DNA of 64,000 bases from Octopus vulgaris (taxonomy: Eukaryota): contig OX597840.1 of NCBI GenBank assembly GCA_951406725.2, positions 15,438,001 to 15,502,000 on the forward strand, given 5' to 3'. The notes under the pieces were generated by a model. The model was not told the origin of the DNA and made no database searches. It was given only the letters and a program-made list of their open reading frames with translations. Shown here one piece after another: positions 38,871-51,724 of the stretch (positions are counted from its first letter, which is position 1; each line of letters opens with the position of its first letter). The position numbers and the translations under genes were made by a program.

Positions 38871-40552
38871 GGATGGATGGGTCATTGCGTGGATGAATGG
38901 AACCATGAATGAATGGGTGGACAGATAATTAGGTGTTTGGGCCACATATTGTTAACATTGATACTTACAGAATAGATGAACAGATAAATGGCTGGAGAGA
39001 TACCTCGATAATGGATAGAGAAATAATGATAATAATAATAATCCTTTCTATTATAGGCACAAGGCCTGAACTTTTGGGGGAGGGCACTAGTCAATTACAT
39101 CGACCCCAGTGTTTCACTAGTACATAATTTATCGACTCCAAAAAAAATGAAAGACAAAGTTGAACTTGGTGAAATTTGAACTCAAAATGTAGACAGGGGA
39201 AAATTCATTAAGCATTTTTCCCAGCATGTTAATGATTCTGTCAGCCCACCTGCTTAATAACAATAATAATAATGTTCATCTGTCATCATTGATGATGACC
39301 AGAACATCACATGGGAGAAGATGGGTCATGGTGCATCCAACTGTGGTTGGTCAGGGCAGTGCATGCTCAGACGGTTCTGCCACAGGTCAGGCACTAGTGG
39401 TCAGCTGGGAATGAAAGCAAGGAATTGGCTCTGGACTTACGCAACTCACATTTTTTTTTGTGCTCCTGCGATCCCATTATGTTTGTATGTAGAGAGGTAG
39501 TGAGAGAAGAGAGAGATTGTGTGTATGTGTGAGAAAGAGAGAGAGAGAGAGAAGGAAAATGACAAGAGTCGAAACATATGATTAATAAGCCATGGAAAGA
39601 GAACAGATACCAAACGAGAGTCACATTGGTTGGAAGCAAAAGCCTGGGTCTCTCAGCAAGTTGTGCCACTGCATTAACCTTTCAGCTGTTTCACTGTCTC
39701 TCAAACAGCACTCCTCTCTCTCCCTCTTTCTCCCTCTCTCTCTTTCTGTTTTTCTCTCTCTCTCATATACATTTTCCTTTTACCCCTTTCTTTAATAGTT
39801 TCAGTCATTTGACTGCGGCCATACTGGAGCACCGCCTTAATTTTTGCTGATTGTGTCATTTGCAAGAAGAGACTCAATAGATTGCAGTGTAGTAGCTGCT
39901 CTACTAAGCACATCACTCCGAAAGGCAAGTCAAGTCATATATGCAAGTGATGTATATATGTATATAATGAAGGGAAATCAGGATTAAATAACTCCACAAG
40001 AATACTTCAGTAACCATTCTGTGTATATTAATGCACATGTGCGCACACATAATTGTATAAAGCAATATGAAAAGGTTGGTTAATAAGCCCTGCCAGAAAA
40101 GCCATGTTATGGTGAAAATAACAGAAGAATTGTTTTGGAAGAATATCCAGCCAATATATATATAGATAAATACAAATTGTTGCTATTATGTTAAGCTGTT
40201 GTATGTCCCAATTTGGCCAGATGCTTTTTCAACATTTATTTTTGCTTGCAATAGCTGGTTCTTTTGGTCAAACTATCATATCTCCAGCTGCTTCAGATGC
40301 CAAGATATCAGAAATTGCCAAAGTGTAGTACAACACTCTTGCTATGGAATACTCTTGTTTCAGTCATTTGACTGTGGCCATGCTGGAGCACAGCCTTTAA
40401 TGGAACAAATCGACCTCAGGACTTATTCTTTGTAAGCCTAATACTTATTCTATCAGTCTCTCTTTGCTGAACCGCTAAGTTACGAGGATGTAAACACACC
40501 AGCATTGGTTGTCAAGTGATGTTGGGGGGAACAAACACAGACACAAACATAT

Positions 40553-40621
<69 letters not shown>

Positions 40622-40676
40622 CACGAGAAAGAAGCAACAAGAATGGATTAGTTTTTAGTTGCTTAATTGCTTTTAT

Positions 40677-40734
<58 letters not shown>

Positions 40735-40745
40735 TATACATATAC

Positions 40746-40808
<63 letters not shown>

Positions 40809-41493
40809 CAGGCTTCTTTCAGATTCTGTCTGCCAATTCCACTCACAAGACTATGGTCAGCCCGAAGCTATAGTAGAAGACACTTGCCCAAGATGCCACA
40901 CAATGGGACTGAACCCGGAACCATGTGGTTCATAAGCAAGCTACTTACCACACAGCCACTCCTAATGGTGAAACTATTTTTTCCATTTTTCTGAAAAAGC
41001 AACGTTTTGGACTTACGACACTTTTGCATAATAGCAACGAAATATGTGCTCGTGTGTGTGTGTGTGTGTGCATAATTGGAAAAACACAGTGATGTTGAGT
41101 TTGGAGAAATATTGGTTGACAGCCAGAATCAACATGACCAACACTCGCCAAAATCATAAAATCAAAATCAGTTATACTTCTTTAATTCTCTGTCTTCTTT
41201 ACTTCATCTTCGTTTTTATTTCCTTCTCCACTTCTTCCTTTCTTCTTACGTCTCGCATCTTTTGTTTGCTTTTCTCATCTGTGTATAGGTTGTGTGTGTG
41301 TGTGTGTGTGTATGCATGCATGTGTGTGTGACATATCTGATGGTTAGTGAGGATGTTAGCATCTAAAGAGGTGTGTTATTATCTGTAAGTCTTAGTTCGT
41401 TTGCGATGTGCATGCACTCACATGTGTGCATGTATATGCATACATTGTGTGTGTGTGTGTGTGCAAATGTGTTTTAGTGTATTATGTCTATAT

Positions 41494-41865
41494 AGGCGTA
41501 GGAGTGGCTGTGTGGTAAGTAGCTTGCTTATGAACCACATGGTTCGTGGTTCAGTCCCACTGTGTTGCTCCTTGGGCAAGTGTCTACTATAGCCTCGGGC
41601 CGACCAAAGCCTTGTGAGTGGATTTGGTAGGCGGAAACTGAATGAAGCCTGTCGTATATATGTATATATGTGTGTATGTTTGTCCCCCCAACATCGCTTG
41701 ACAACCGATGCTGATGTGTTTACCTCCCCTTAATTTAGCGGTTTGGCAAAAGAGACCGATAGAATAAGTACTAGGCTTACAAAGAATAAGTCCTGGGGTC
41801 GATTTGCTCGACTAAAGGTGGTGCTCCAGCATGGCCACAGTCAAATGACTGAAACAAGTAAAAGA
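41494..41865 (+). mobile_element. SINE family A full-length copy
   Basis: Runs from the AGGCGTAGGAGTGGCTGTGTGG head to the GACTGAAACAAGTAAAAGA tail. Confidence 0.88.
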
Positions 41866-44599
41866 GAGAGAGCGTATATGAAATCTGATCTCTGACACGG
41901 CTGCATGGTTAAGTTCATGATACAACCATTGTTCCCATATCTAAACACATTTCACTGTATCTTAAGCAAGTATCTTCTCCCACAGTCCAGGCTCAACCAA
42001 TACCTTGCAAGTGTAACTCACATAGCTATGATGATGCCATGGAAGAAGTCATTTGAGTTGCTAGAAATAACAGCCTATTCTTCAAAGTACACCTTACCCC
42101 TTAAATGACAGAAGAGGATAAACTGGATGTGATGTCTGATATACAAATGATAGTTTAGTCATGGAGGGAACCTATTTAATCAAGAGTCTGTTGCTTTAGA
42201 GCAAGCGTGTGGCTAAATAACTACATTATAACTGAAGAGAAAGCCACAATATGGTCACTTGAGTTGCTAGAAATAGCAGTCAAACCTCCCTCAAATCACA
42301 AAGAAAGATAAATGGATACAAAGTAGGCATAAACATGTTTGATTGTTTCAATATGGCTGTGCTAATGACTGAGACTCAATGTGGCCACTTGACCAGCCAG
42401 CTAGAAATAATAACCTAATTCACCTTAAGAATATTACTCACATCTATGTATGAAGGTCTGCAAAGCCATGGGCTTCAGAACAATCCAATAAGAATGAAAA
42501 CCAACAGAGGAACAAGTAAAAAAAAACTGTTATGATTCTTGAAAAATGATGAAAAAATTATTTATGGGTCAAACAGCTGTTTGTTAATCTTAAAATACAG
42601 ATAAAACAGTTGTTAAAATTCTTCAAGGACAGGTGAAGGACAGGTAACATAGCTGTTGAGATTTTTGAAAACAGGGGAAATAAATGCTAAAATTCTTTAA
42701 GTGGGTGTGAAGAGCAGGTGAAGGAGCTGTCAGGGTTCTTGAAATTGTATATCAATCAAAGTCTGAGAAATGTAAGAAGGATACAGAGGATAAATGGTCT
42801 GACTTTGTCTCATTAGTTATAGGTATTAGTTGAAGAATTCCAAACCAAAAGATTACTTTACATCATCAAGAATTTAACTGTTCCTTGGGGACAAGAATGG
42901 TATTGGAATTGGTAACAACAACCAATCAATATTTGTGATAGATTTTTCTACAATTTGAAGAACAATCGAATAAAAAGGATTTGTTTTTTAATAAAAGTTG
43001 AAGACAATAATAGTTATGCCATGTGTAAGATAGAATTTCATTGGAATATAACAGGAAAGAAACAAAGCAAAAAAAAATTGAAAAAGAACACAGAAAAAGC
43101 CCCTTGATGTATTGAGGAGAAAAAAAGGGAGGTTGTAGATAATAAAATTGTGAAGAAATTGTCTGAAAATAAGATAGGATGACCAACTTTGGAATGCCTT
43201 TAATTATAAATCTATTTGATCAGAGCTGACTGGGGGCTAAGCATCAACAAAAATTTCATGGTTGGAAGGAGACTTATTCAGCCGTAAAAGACAAACATTG
43301 GTTCCAATAAATAAACCAGGGAAACCAACTATAAAACTAAACAGTTTTAAAATTAATCAATTAATTATTTAATTAATTCTGCTCCAGATAGTCTCTTTTA
43401 TCATCTCCTCTCACTTGCAGGATCTTCCCAAGTGACGATCTATGACCTTTCAGAAACTGTAGTCAAATTTCCCTGAAATCTTATTCTAAGTTCATTAATA
43501 TCGAGATATGTGTTTCTGAAATACAAAAACGATAGGATGGTCATGGCTGGAGCAACTTTCATCACACATGTTCCCATGCCTGATCCTTTTACCTCCTATG
43601 GAGAGTGGTAGGATCTTAGGTATGATCTTCTGGTCACTAGTCTGGTCCCTCTGTTACAACTATAAAGTAGATTTGGTAGATGGAATCTGAAAGATGCCCA
43701 TCGTGTGTGTGTGTGTGTTTGCCCTCCACCACCACCACCTCTTGATGACCAGTCAAGCAGTCTGGTAAAAGAGATCAATAGAATAATTACCAGACTTAAA
43801 AAAATAAAAATAAATAACTACTGAGATCAATTCATTCAATAAAATTCTTCAAGATAGTGCCCCAGCATGGCCGCAGTCTAAGGACTGAAACATAAAAAAC
43901 AGAAGATAACAGATAAATGGTTCACCAATACTTGACCGATTCTACCAGTTCCATCATCCTTCTAAATTATGATTGGTTAATAAAGCAAATTCTTTGTATT
44001 TCTTCATTTTTTCCTTTTGTTTTATTTGTGTACTTTTATTTAATTCTTTATAAATAATAATTTTATTCTAAAAGACATTGTTTTATCACCATTAATTCTT
44101 GTTCTATCGTTAGAAGCAATTAGTTATTTATTCGTTTAATATAAATTGACTTCTTAGACTTTTACCATAAGATTTATGCCATTTTTTTTTCTTTGCTCAT
44201 CTCTTTTTTCCCCCTATTTTTGGAATTTTAATTATTAATGTAGTTCAGTTAATTTTTTTTTACATCTTTTTCTTGTTATTGGTTAAAGTTAATAGCTTTT
44301 TAATTAGCTTGTTAACGTGTCCTCTTAATTGTTCTGACCTTGGAGATAATGGTTGTTGTACTACTGGGAACAACAGTGTTGACATTTCTATGTATTTATG
44401 TGTGTGTGTTGACATTTCTATGTATCTATGTGTGTGTGTGTGTGTATGTATACATGCATTTATGTATGTATACATGCATTTATGCATGTAAGTATGTACT
44501 TATGTAAGTATGTAAGGATTTATGCATGCATGTATGTATAAAATGGTTCGATGGATGCATGCATGTATGTACATATAGATGTATATTGAAGTACAACAT

Positions 44600-45530
44600 A
44601 TCATCATCGTTTAACGTCCGCTTTCCATGCTAGCATGGGTTGGACGGTTCAGCTGGGGTCTGGGAAGCCAGAAGGCTGCAACAGGCCCAGTCCGATCTGG
44701 CAGTGTTTCTACAGCCGGATGCCCTTCCTAACGCCAACCACTTCATGAGTGTAGTGGGTGCTTTTTACATGCCACCGGTACAGGTGCCAGACGAGGCTGG
44801 CAAACGGCCACAATCGGATGGTGCTTTTTACATGCCACCAGCACGGAGGCCAGTCAGGGTGGCGCTGGCAACAGCCACGTTCGGATGGTTCTCTTACGTC
44901 CCACCCGCACTGGTATCACAACTACAATTTCCATTAATTTTGATCGATTTCAATTTCGATTTCACTTGCCTCAACAGGTCTTCGCAAGTAGAGTTTTCTG
45001 TCCCAAGAAGGACAGGTATGCATAAGTGGACTGGCTACATCCCAGGTAGAGGCCACAGGTTATGGTCTCACTTGTCCTGCCAGGTCTTCTCACGCACAGC
45101 ATACTTCCAAAGGTCTCAGTCACTAGTCATTGCCTCGGTGAGACCTAAAGTTTGAAGGTTGTGCTTCACCACCTCGTCCCAGGTTTTCCTGAGTCTACCT
45201 CTTCCACAGGTTCTCTCAACCGCTAGGGTGTGGCACTTTTTCACACAACTTTCTTCATCCATTCTCGCCACATGACCATACCAGCGCAAATGTCTCTCTT
45301 GCACACCACAACTGATGCTTCTTAGGTCAAGAGGCCTTTTGTCACCAGCAGAGGTAAGAGCTCTCTGAACTTTGCCCAGGTTATTCTTACTCTAGCAGTT
45401 ACACTTTCAGCACACCCGCCCCCGCTACTGACTTGGTCACCTAGGTAATGGAAGCTATTGACTACTTTTAGTTTTTCTCCCTGGAATGTGGCGGAAGTTG
45501 GTCTCTGCACATTTTCAGTATTTATTGCTC
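44600..45530 (-). mobile_element. RTE LINE 3' portion (RT C-terminus with internal deletion, 3' UTR, (GAT)n tail)
   Basis: ORFs encode VVNSFHYLGDQVSSGGG..WAKFRELLPLL and ERHLRWYGHVARM..GRGRLRKTWDEVV. Confidence 0.88.
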
Positions 45531-45824
45531 CTATGCACCCTTTTAAATCCTAGCCAGGCTCATGAGCCTGGTTTCCTGGTTTTAATGGCATATGTGTTCC
45601 TCAGCTGGATGGGATGCCAGTCCTTTGCAGGATTACTCATTTTTGCCAGCTGAGTGGACTGGAGCAACGAGAAATGAAGTGTTTTGCTCAAGAACACAAC
45701 GCGTCACCTGGTCCAGGAATCGAAACCACAATCTTATGATCATGATGCTGACACCCTAATCACTAAGCCACGTGCTTCCACTCAGCATAAATATATATAT
45801 ATATATATACATATAGAAATATAT

Positions 45825-46096
45825 ACAAAGTATGGGGGTTTAGTTCACAGGTGATCTAAGCAATTAGGTATGCTAGGTAAGTGTTGTAATGGATTACTTA
45901 GGCTCCAAGGTTGTAGCCGAGACAGTAGTTCAGATTTCTGATATATCGGATATATAATTGTTAAAGAGGACAGCAAATGTTAAGGCAAGGCAAACATCTC
46001 AAGTGATATATAATATTATTATTGGTCCAATAATAATAATGCATATGACTTGAGATGTTTGCCTTGCCTTAATGTTTGTTGTCCTCTTTAACAATT
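45825..46096 (-). mobile_element. Fold-back insert with tail next to (TA)n (PLE-like)
   Basis: Arms 45956-46025 / 46027-46096, tail 45825-45955. Homologous to 5222-5420. Confidence 0.7.
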
Positions 46097-46349
46097 GGAA
46101 GGGCATCCAGCTGTAGAAACACTACCAGATCAGACTGGAGCCTGGTGCAGCCTCCTGGCTTTCCAGACCCCAGTAGAACCGTCCAACCCATGCTAGCATG
46201 GAAAACAGACATTAAACGATGATGATGATGATATATGTATATACATATATATGTATATATATATATATTTATTTATAAATTACCATCAACTCTTCTGTTG
46301 TTAGGCAACATATGAGGGTTCGGCAATTTCTTCCCAAACAACAACACAG

Positions 46350-46494
46350 ATTCTGTTGTGTCTGGGGAGAGTCATTTTCTTTTTGTGCCTTATAATTTAA
46401 GACACTCACCGGTAAAATTTCCACTTATTTACCGGTTAGTGTGTTAAATTATAAGGCACAAAAAGAAAGTGACTCTCCCCAGACACAGCAGAAT
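46350..46494. repeat. Fold-back inverted repeat near (TA)n
   Basis: Arms 46350-46416 / 46428-46494, with a few mismatches. Confidence 0.85.
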
Positions 46495-46872
46495 ATGCTT
46501 CAACACACAAACTCATATAAAGAATCTTGCAAACCAAATCCCAAAACCAAACGACACAGATGATTTGTTTATAGTAATCAAATGTTTGTTTACACATAAG
46601 CTCACTCATTCCATGAAATCAACATTAACTATACGGGTGCAGCATGCGCCACATGTCAGATGACAGAATTATCGCAGAGCAATGTGAAATGAAGTGCTTT
46701 GCTCAAGAATACAATGTGTGACACCCGGTCTGGGAATCGAACCCATGATCTCACAGCCATGACTGCAACACCTTAACTACAGTGAAAAAGGTGTTATTTC
46801 GAACATGGATGCATGTATATATGTATGTATATTAAAATAAAGAAAACATATATATATATATATATATATATA

Positions 46873-47118
46873 AGACAAGAAGATAATATTTTGAATGTAG
46901 TATAGCCATGAAAACAGCAGAAAAATTAGGTATTATTACCCTTATATGATGGAAAAACATTGTCAACAGGTTCCATCTGATAAGGTTAATAATATCTCAT
47001 CTTTCTGCTATTTTGATGGTTAAACTACATTCAAAATATTACTTTTTTGTCTGTACAACATGATGCACATTTGATGTTTCTAGAAACAAACTATAAGTTT
47101 GTTTACATATGTTGTTGT

Positions 47119-47120
<2 letters not shown>
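46873..47120 (+). mobile_element. Older fold-back insert in (TA)n with hairpin tail
   Basis: Diverged arms 46873-46954 / 46971-47052. Tail contains AAACAAACT ATA AGTTTGTTT. Confidence 0.65.
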
Positions 47121-47153
<33 letters not shown>

Positions 47154-47362
47154 TTTTCTACTCTAGGCACAAGACCCAAAATTATGGGGGAGGAGGCCAG
47201 TCAATTAGATCGACCCCAGTATGCAACTGGTACTTAATTTATCAACCCCAAAAGGATGAAAGGCAAAGTTGACATTGGCGGAATTTGAACTCAGAACGTA
47301 AAGACTGAGGAAATATATACATATATATATATATATATGCATATATATATATATACAAATAT

Positions 47363-47449
<87 letters not shown>

Positions 47450-47564
47450 CATACACCCATCCACACACACACATATATATAGTCAATTAAAATAAATTAA
47501 TAAAAAGCGGACATGAAGTTGTGCACAAGGAATGTATTCGTTTGATGCTCAGTGAAAGAGGAGA

Positions 47565-47599
47565 GTTTGACATTTCAAGCACAACTCTTTGTCAGAAAC
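47565..47599 (-). ncRNA. Minimal hammerhead motif (decayed) in TA-flanked insert 47485-47650
   Basis: Minus strand: GTTT-CTGACAA-A-GAGT TGT GCTT-GAAA-TG-TC-AAAC. Homologous to 57121-57155. Confidence 0.6.
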
Positions 47600-47650
47600 G
47601 AGAAAGGGAAAAGTCCAAAGAAGGAAAAGAAGTTGCCAACAGCACAAATA

Positions 47651-47682
<32 letters not shown>

Positions 47683-48010
47683 ATGATAAATCTCAGAGCG
47701 AGATCATTGTTTGATTTCACTTTTTCAATATCAGTGTCAATCGATACTGGAAAAAGTATATGTATTTGTGAAGGGAACTGAATTCTCATCGACAACTATG
47801 ATTGTCACACGCCGATGACGGGTCAATACCCTGAAACTCGAGTCCATGTGTATCATAAGTTGAAGACGGGAAGGATGGCTTCCCTTCGCAAATACTGATA
47901 GGGCACAGAAAGTGTGTCTATAGCCAGCTGGAGAAGGTGTCCTCCTGGGGCTACAAACTACAGTATCATCCACCCTTAGGGGTTAGCCATATTCAAATGG
48001 CAAATATACG

Positions 48011-48014
<4 letters not shown>
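47683..48014 (+). mobile_element. ~330-nt highly structured HHR-containing insert in (TA)n (retrozyme-like)
   Basis: HHR at 47806-47850 is nested in stems 47793-47862 and 47762-47895, with several further hairpins. (TA)n on both sides. Confidence 0.75.
47806..47850 (+). ncRNA. Type I hammerhead ribozyme motif (U4C variant)
   Basis: CACACG-CCGATGA-CGGGT CAAT ACCCT-GAAA-CTCGAG-TC-CATGTG. Stem III is the palindrome ACTCGAGT, and the cleavage triplet is GUC. Confidence 0.8.
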
Positions 48015-48050
<36 letters not shown>

Positions 48051-48119
48051 ATGAAAGTACAGCATATAAATTTATAAATTTGTTTATTTAAATTATTGGT
48101 ATTAAAAAAATAAAATTTA

Positions 48120-48317
48120 CAGTAATCCTTCGCCATATCATGGGTCACCTATTACAGTTCACATATCGCGGTTTATTATTTAAGCTTCCATCGATTCCTC
48201 TCTGGTGTTAATAAAAATACATGCACATTACAGTACTGTTTCTACTTCGCAGATAGATTTTTCACTTATTGCAGTGTATCTTGGAATATAACACCTACGA
48301 CAGTCAAGGGATTACTG
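48120..48317. mobile_element. Tc1/mariner (pogo/Tigger-like) MITE
   Basis: TA|CAGTAATCCTT...AGGGATTACTG|TA: TIRs with TA TSD. Confidence 0.8.
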
Positions 48318-48414
48318 TATGTAGGGGGAGAGTTCACGAAAAAAACAAAAGACAAAGACAGGTGGTGTAGAAAACAAACAGATGTATTAGTATAACGCTC
48401 AGGAATTGAAAAAT

Positions 48415-48450
48415 CTTTTACGTTTCGAGCCTATGCTCTTCTACAGAAAG
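48415..48450 (-). ncRNA. Minimal hammerhead motif with CUGUAGA core variant (insert ~48320-48475)
   Basis: Minus strand: CTTT-CTGTAGA-A-GAGC ATAG GCTC-GAAA-CG-TA-AAAG. Confidence 0.7.
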
Positions 48451-49036
48451 GGACACAGAAAAAAACAAGGAGACATTGGGGTTTCTTGCCTTGTATGTCC
48501 CTTTTCACTCTTCAGACCTTACCCTCCACACCCTCTTTTGCCCTCTTTAATGCCCTCCTTCTCTCTCTCTCTCCCTCTTCCCCTCTCTCTCTCTCTTCAG
48601 ACCTTACCCTCCACACCCTCTTTTGCCCTCTTTAATGCCCTCCTTCTCTCTCTCTCTACTGCACTCTCTGTCCTGCACACTGTGCCATACCCCACCTATA
48701 TAATGAGGAATAATACTCGGTCTGTTCAAATTCAATTTCCTTTCTTTCACTCTACTATTACTACTACTAGTAGTAGTAGTATTACTATTGCTGCTGCTAC
48801 TACTACTATTACTATTATTACTACTACACTCTTACACACAATCTCTCCCTCTTTCTCTTCTTTCTTCCATCCTCGTACCTGTGTAAAAAGGACTTGCATT
48901 GAATCTATTGGTATCTTACAGGCCCATTGTCCAACCCTCGGCAACGCTAGCCCCCATCAACTCTTCACCCCTTAGTTACTCATTATTGATTATCTATCAC
49001 TCACATACCACTGTGCATCCCTACAACTATTCAAAT

Positions 49037-49067
<31 letters not shown>

Positions 49068-49699
49068 CTACAAACAATACCCTTCCGCACTACTATACTT
49101 ATTGACATCCATCACTCTCTCTTACCATCAATGCATTGCCATTACTGTTTCTCTTCCATTGCTTCCTCTTCTACTACTCACACACCCGAGTGTCTTTTTT
49201 TCTTTCTTATCTTACCCTCACTTCCTTCACTGTCTCACTTTATTCATATTCTGTCATTGTCCTTTTATTCTATTCCCCCTTTTCATAATCTTACTTTGAA
49301 CATATAGTGATAACATAGCAGATTGAAGTTTATTTAGTCTTGTGAGGTACAAGGTAGCCTCACTAATGCTGGTGCCATGATAAAACACACAAACTACACT
49401 CTGTTAGGTGGTTGATGTTGGGAAGGTCATCCAGTCATAGAGACAAAGAGAAAATATAGAATATATTATTGAACCATAGTCCTCCAAGCAAGATTCAAAG
49501 GCAGTAACTCCAAATAAGACTTGTCTTGGGCTTTGACAAGCCATGCAACTGATTACAGCATGGAAAGCAGATGTAACATAATGATGATGGTAAACATATC
49601 AAATGACTTTGTTTAAATTACTGGAATTACAAAAGAAATTTTGTGTGTGTATAAAAATACAAAGAGAAAATATTAATATGAACACACTTTATATATATG

Positions 49700-49745
<46 letters not shown>

Positions 49746-49792
49746 TAAAGATATATATATATATGTGTATGTGTGTGTGCGTGTATAGGTAT

Positions 49793-49857
<65 letters not shown>

Positions 49858-49921
49858 TATAATCTTTCTGACTTTATGATGAAGCAGATACAAAGTGCGC
49901 ATGTGTGTGTATATCTATATA

Positions 49922-49962
<41 letters not shown>

Positions 49963-50590
49963 CATATATGTTTGTGCGTGTGTGTGTGTATGTACACATA
50001 TTATTTTGGTTTTTTTTCTGTTTGTTTTATTTTTGTTGTGTCTTATTCCTAGTTTCACTTTGTCAATGCTAACAAGTCAAGAGATAATTTACTTTGTAAT
50101 TACATTTTTTTTTTTGTTTCCATTTCTGTCATGTGACTGGTATTTAATCATGTTTTATTAATTCCCTTGACTAATTCGTTAACTAATTGATTTCTTCATC
50201 TATTTTCACTGCTCATTCATTCATTCACTCACTCATTCATTCCATATCATTCTGATTCTGATCAGTCATTTTGTTCAGTTTCTTTGATTTAAATTTCAGT
50301 TACTGTTGTTTAACCCTAGGTCAACCCACATCAACCACCTGTATTATTACAGTTATTTCTTATGGCCACAATCTAATCTTTGTTGTAACAGACACTGTAT
50401 TAAAATCTAAATGGCAGAATCATTAGCACACTAGGCAAAATGCTTAGTGGCATTTCATTAGTCATTACATTCTGAGCTCAAATCCCACCAAGGTCCACTA
50501 TGCCTTTCATCTTTTTGGGGTCAATAAAATAAGTATCAGCTGGATACTCCCACTCCAAAATTGCTGGCCTTGTACCAAGATCAGAAATCA

Positions 50591-50790
50591 TTATTACCTC
50601 CGCTCTAGTGAAGGCTGAGGTATTGTTTTCAGTCATGTTTGTTTGTTTGTCTATGGACAAGATATCTCAAGAACCACTGGATGGATTCAAATGAAACTTG
50701 CAGGGATGTTTGGCCTTGTGACTGGCATAGTCTCATTACATTTTGGGATCAATCTGGTACTGAACAAGGATTCTGGATTATTTTCCTTTT
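50591..50790 (+). mobile_element. Helentron-associated (HINE/DINE-like) element 5' part
   Basis: TTATTACCTCCG..GAGGTA hairpin, (GTTT)n microsatellite, then the TGGATGGATTCAAATGAAACTTG core typical of such elements. Confidence 0.55.
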
Positions 50791-51686
50791 TTTTTTTTAC
50801 TTTACATGTGAAGTTTTACATAGTTCTCTTGCATATGCACACACATATACTCACCCATTTTCAGCATTGAACATTACCATCCCATTTCCATTGTACACAC
50901 ACACACATGCAAATATACCTCTCTTTTACACACACATATACTCAACTTTAAATGCTGTTTATCAGCTTTTTCACTCCTTCCTTCATTATTCATCTATCAC
51001 CCCATTTCTTTCTCATTCATACAACCCTCTCTTTGCCCCTTTGTTTCGTCTTTCTCATTGTCATTACTTTCTCACTCTATCTCAGTCATGGCTCTCACTC
51101 TCACTACTTCTCCTTCATTGTATTAGTATTTCATCTCCTCTCCTTTCACCTCTCACTCAATATATATATATATATATATATATATTTGGATTATTTTTCC
51201 AAAGAATCGTTGTTATTGCTTATCCTTTTTGGCTGATCAGCTCTTGTCAAACCATTTGACTGATGCCAGCATAGAAAAGGAATGTTAAACGATGATGTGT
51301 GTGGAGCCCAGGGAAACAGCATCCATATCCTTTTCTTGAGACAGCAGGGTGTGTAGTGACAAAAATTTGGTTGCTATTCTAAGCAGGCCAAGTTACTGCA
51401 TAGATTTCTTCTATCCCACCTCTTAGTGGCAATTTTAAATTTGAGTTTTAAAACTATGGTATCTGTGAGAAGAGATGAGAGTTCTGCTGCTGCCACTGGT
51501 CATGTTTTATTTTTTCTCCAGACAAACCCCCTCCCCACATTATTTAACATGACATCAATTTGTTCATCTTGCTATCAGTGAAGGAATAAGTAACCAAGTC
51601 AGCAAAGGAATGCCAGCTTAAGTGGACTATCTTCTTATCCAGGATGTAGTTGTGTGTGTGTGCGTGAGTGTGTGTGTGTTTGTGTA

Positions 51687-51723
<37 letters not shown>

Positions 51724-51724
51724 T

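Noticed and set aside
42420-43200. Purine-rich stretch that might be a decayed retroelement ORF1
   Set aside because: No recognisable motif could be read with confidence.
46971-47010. HHR at CTGATAAGG in the 46873 fold-back
   Set aside because: No GAAA box or stem III follows.
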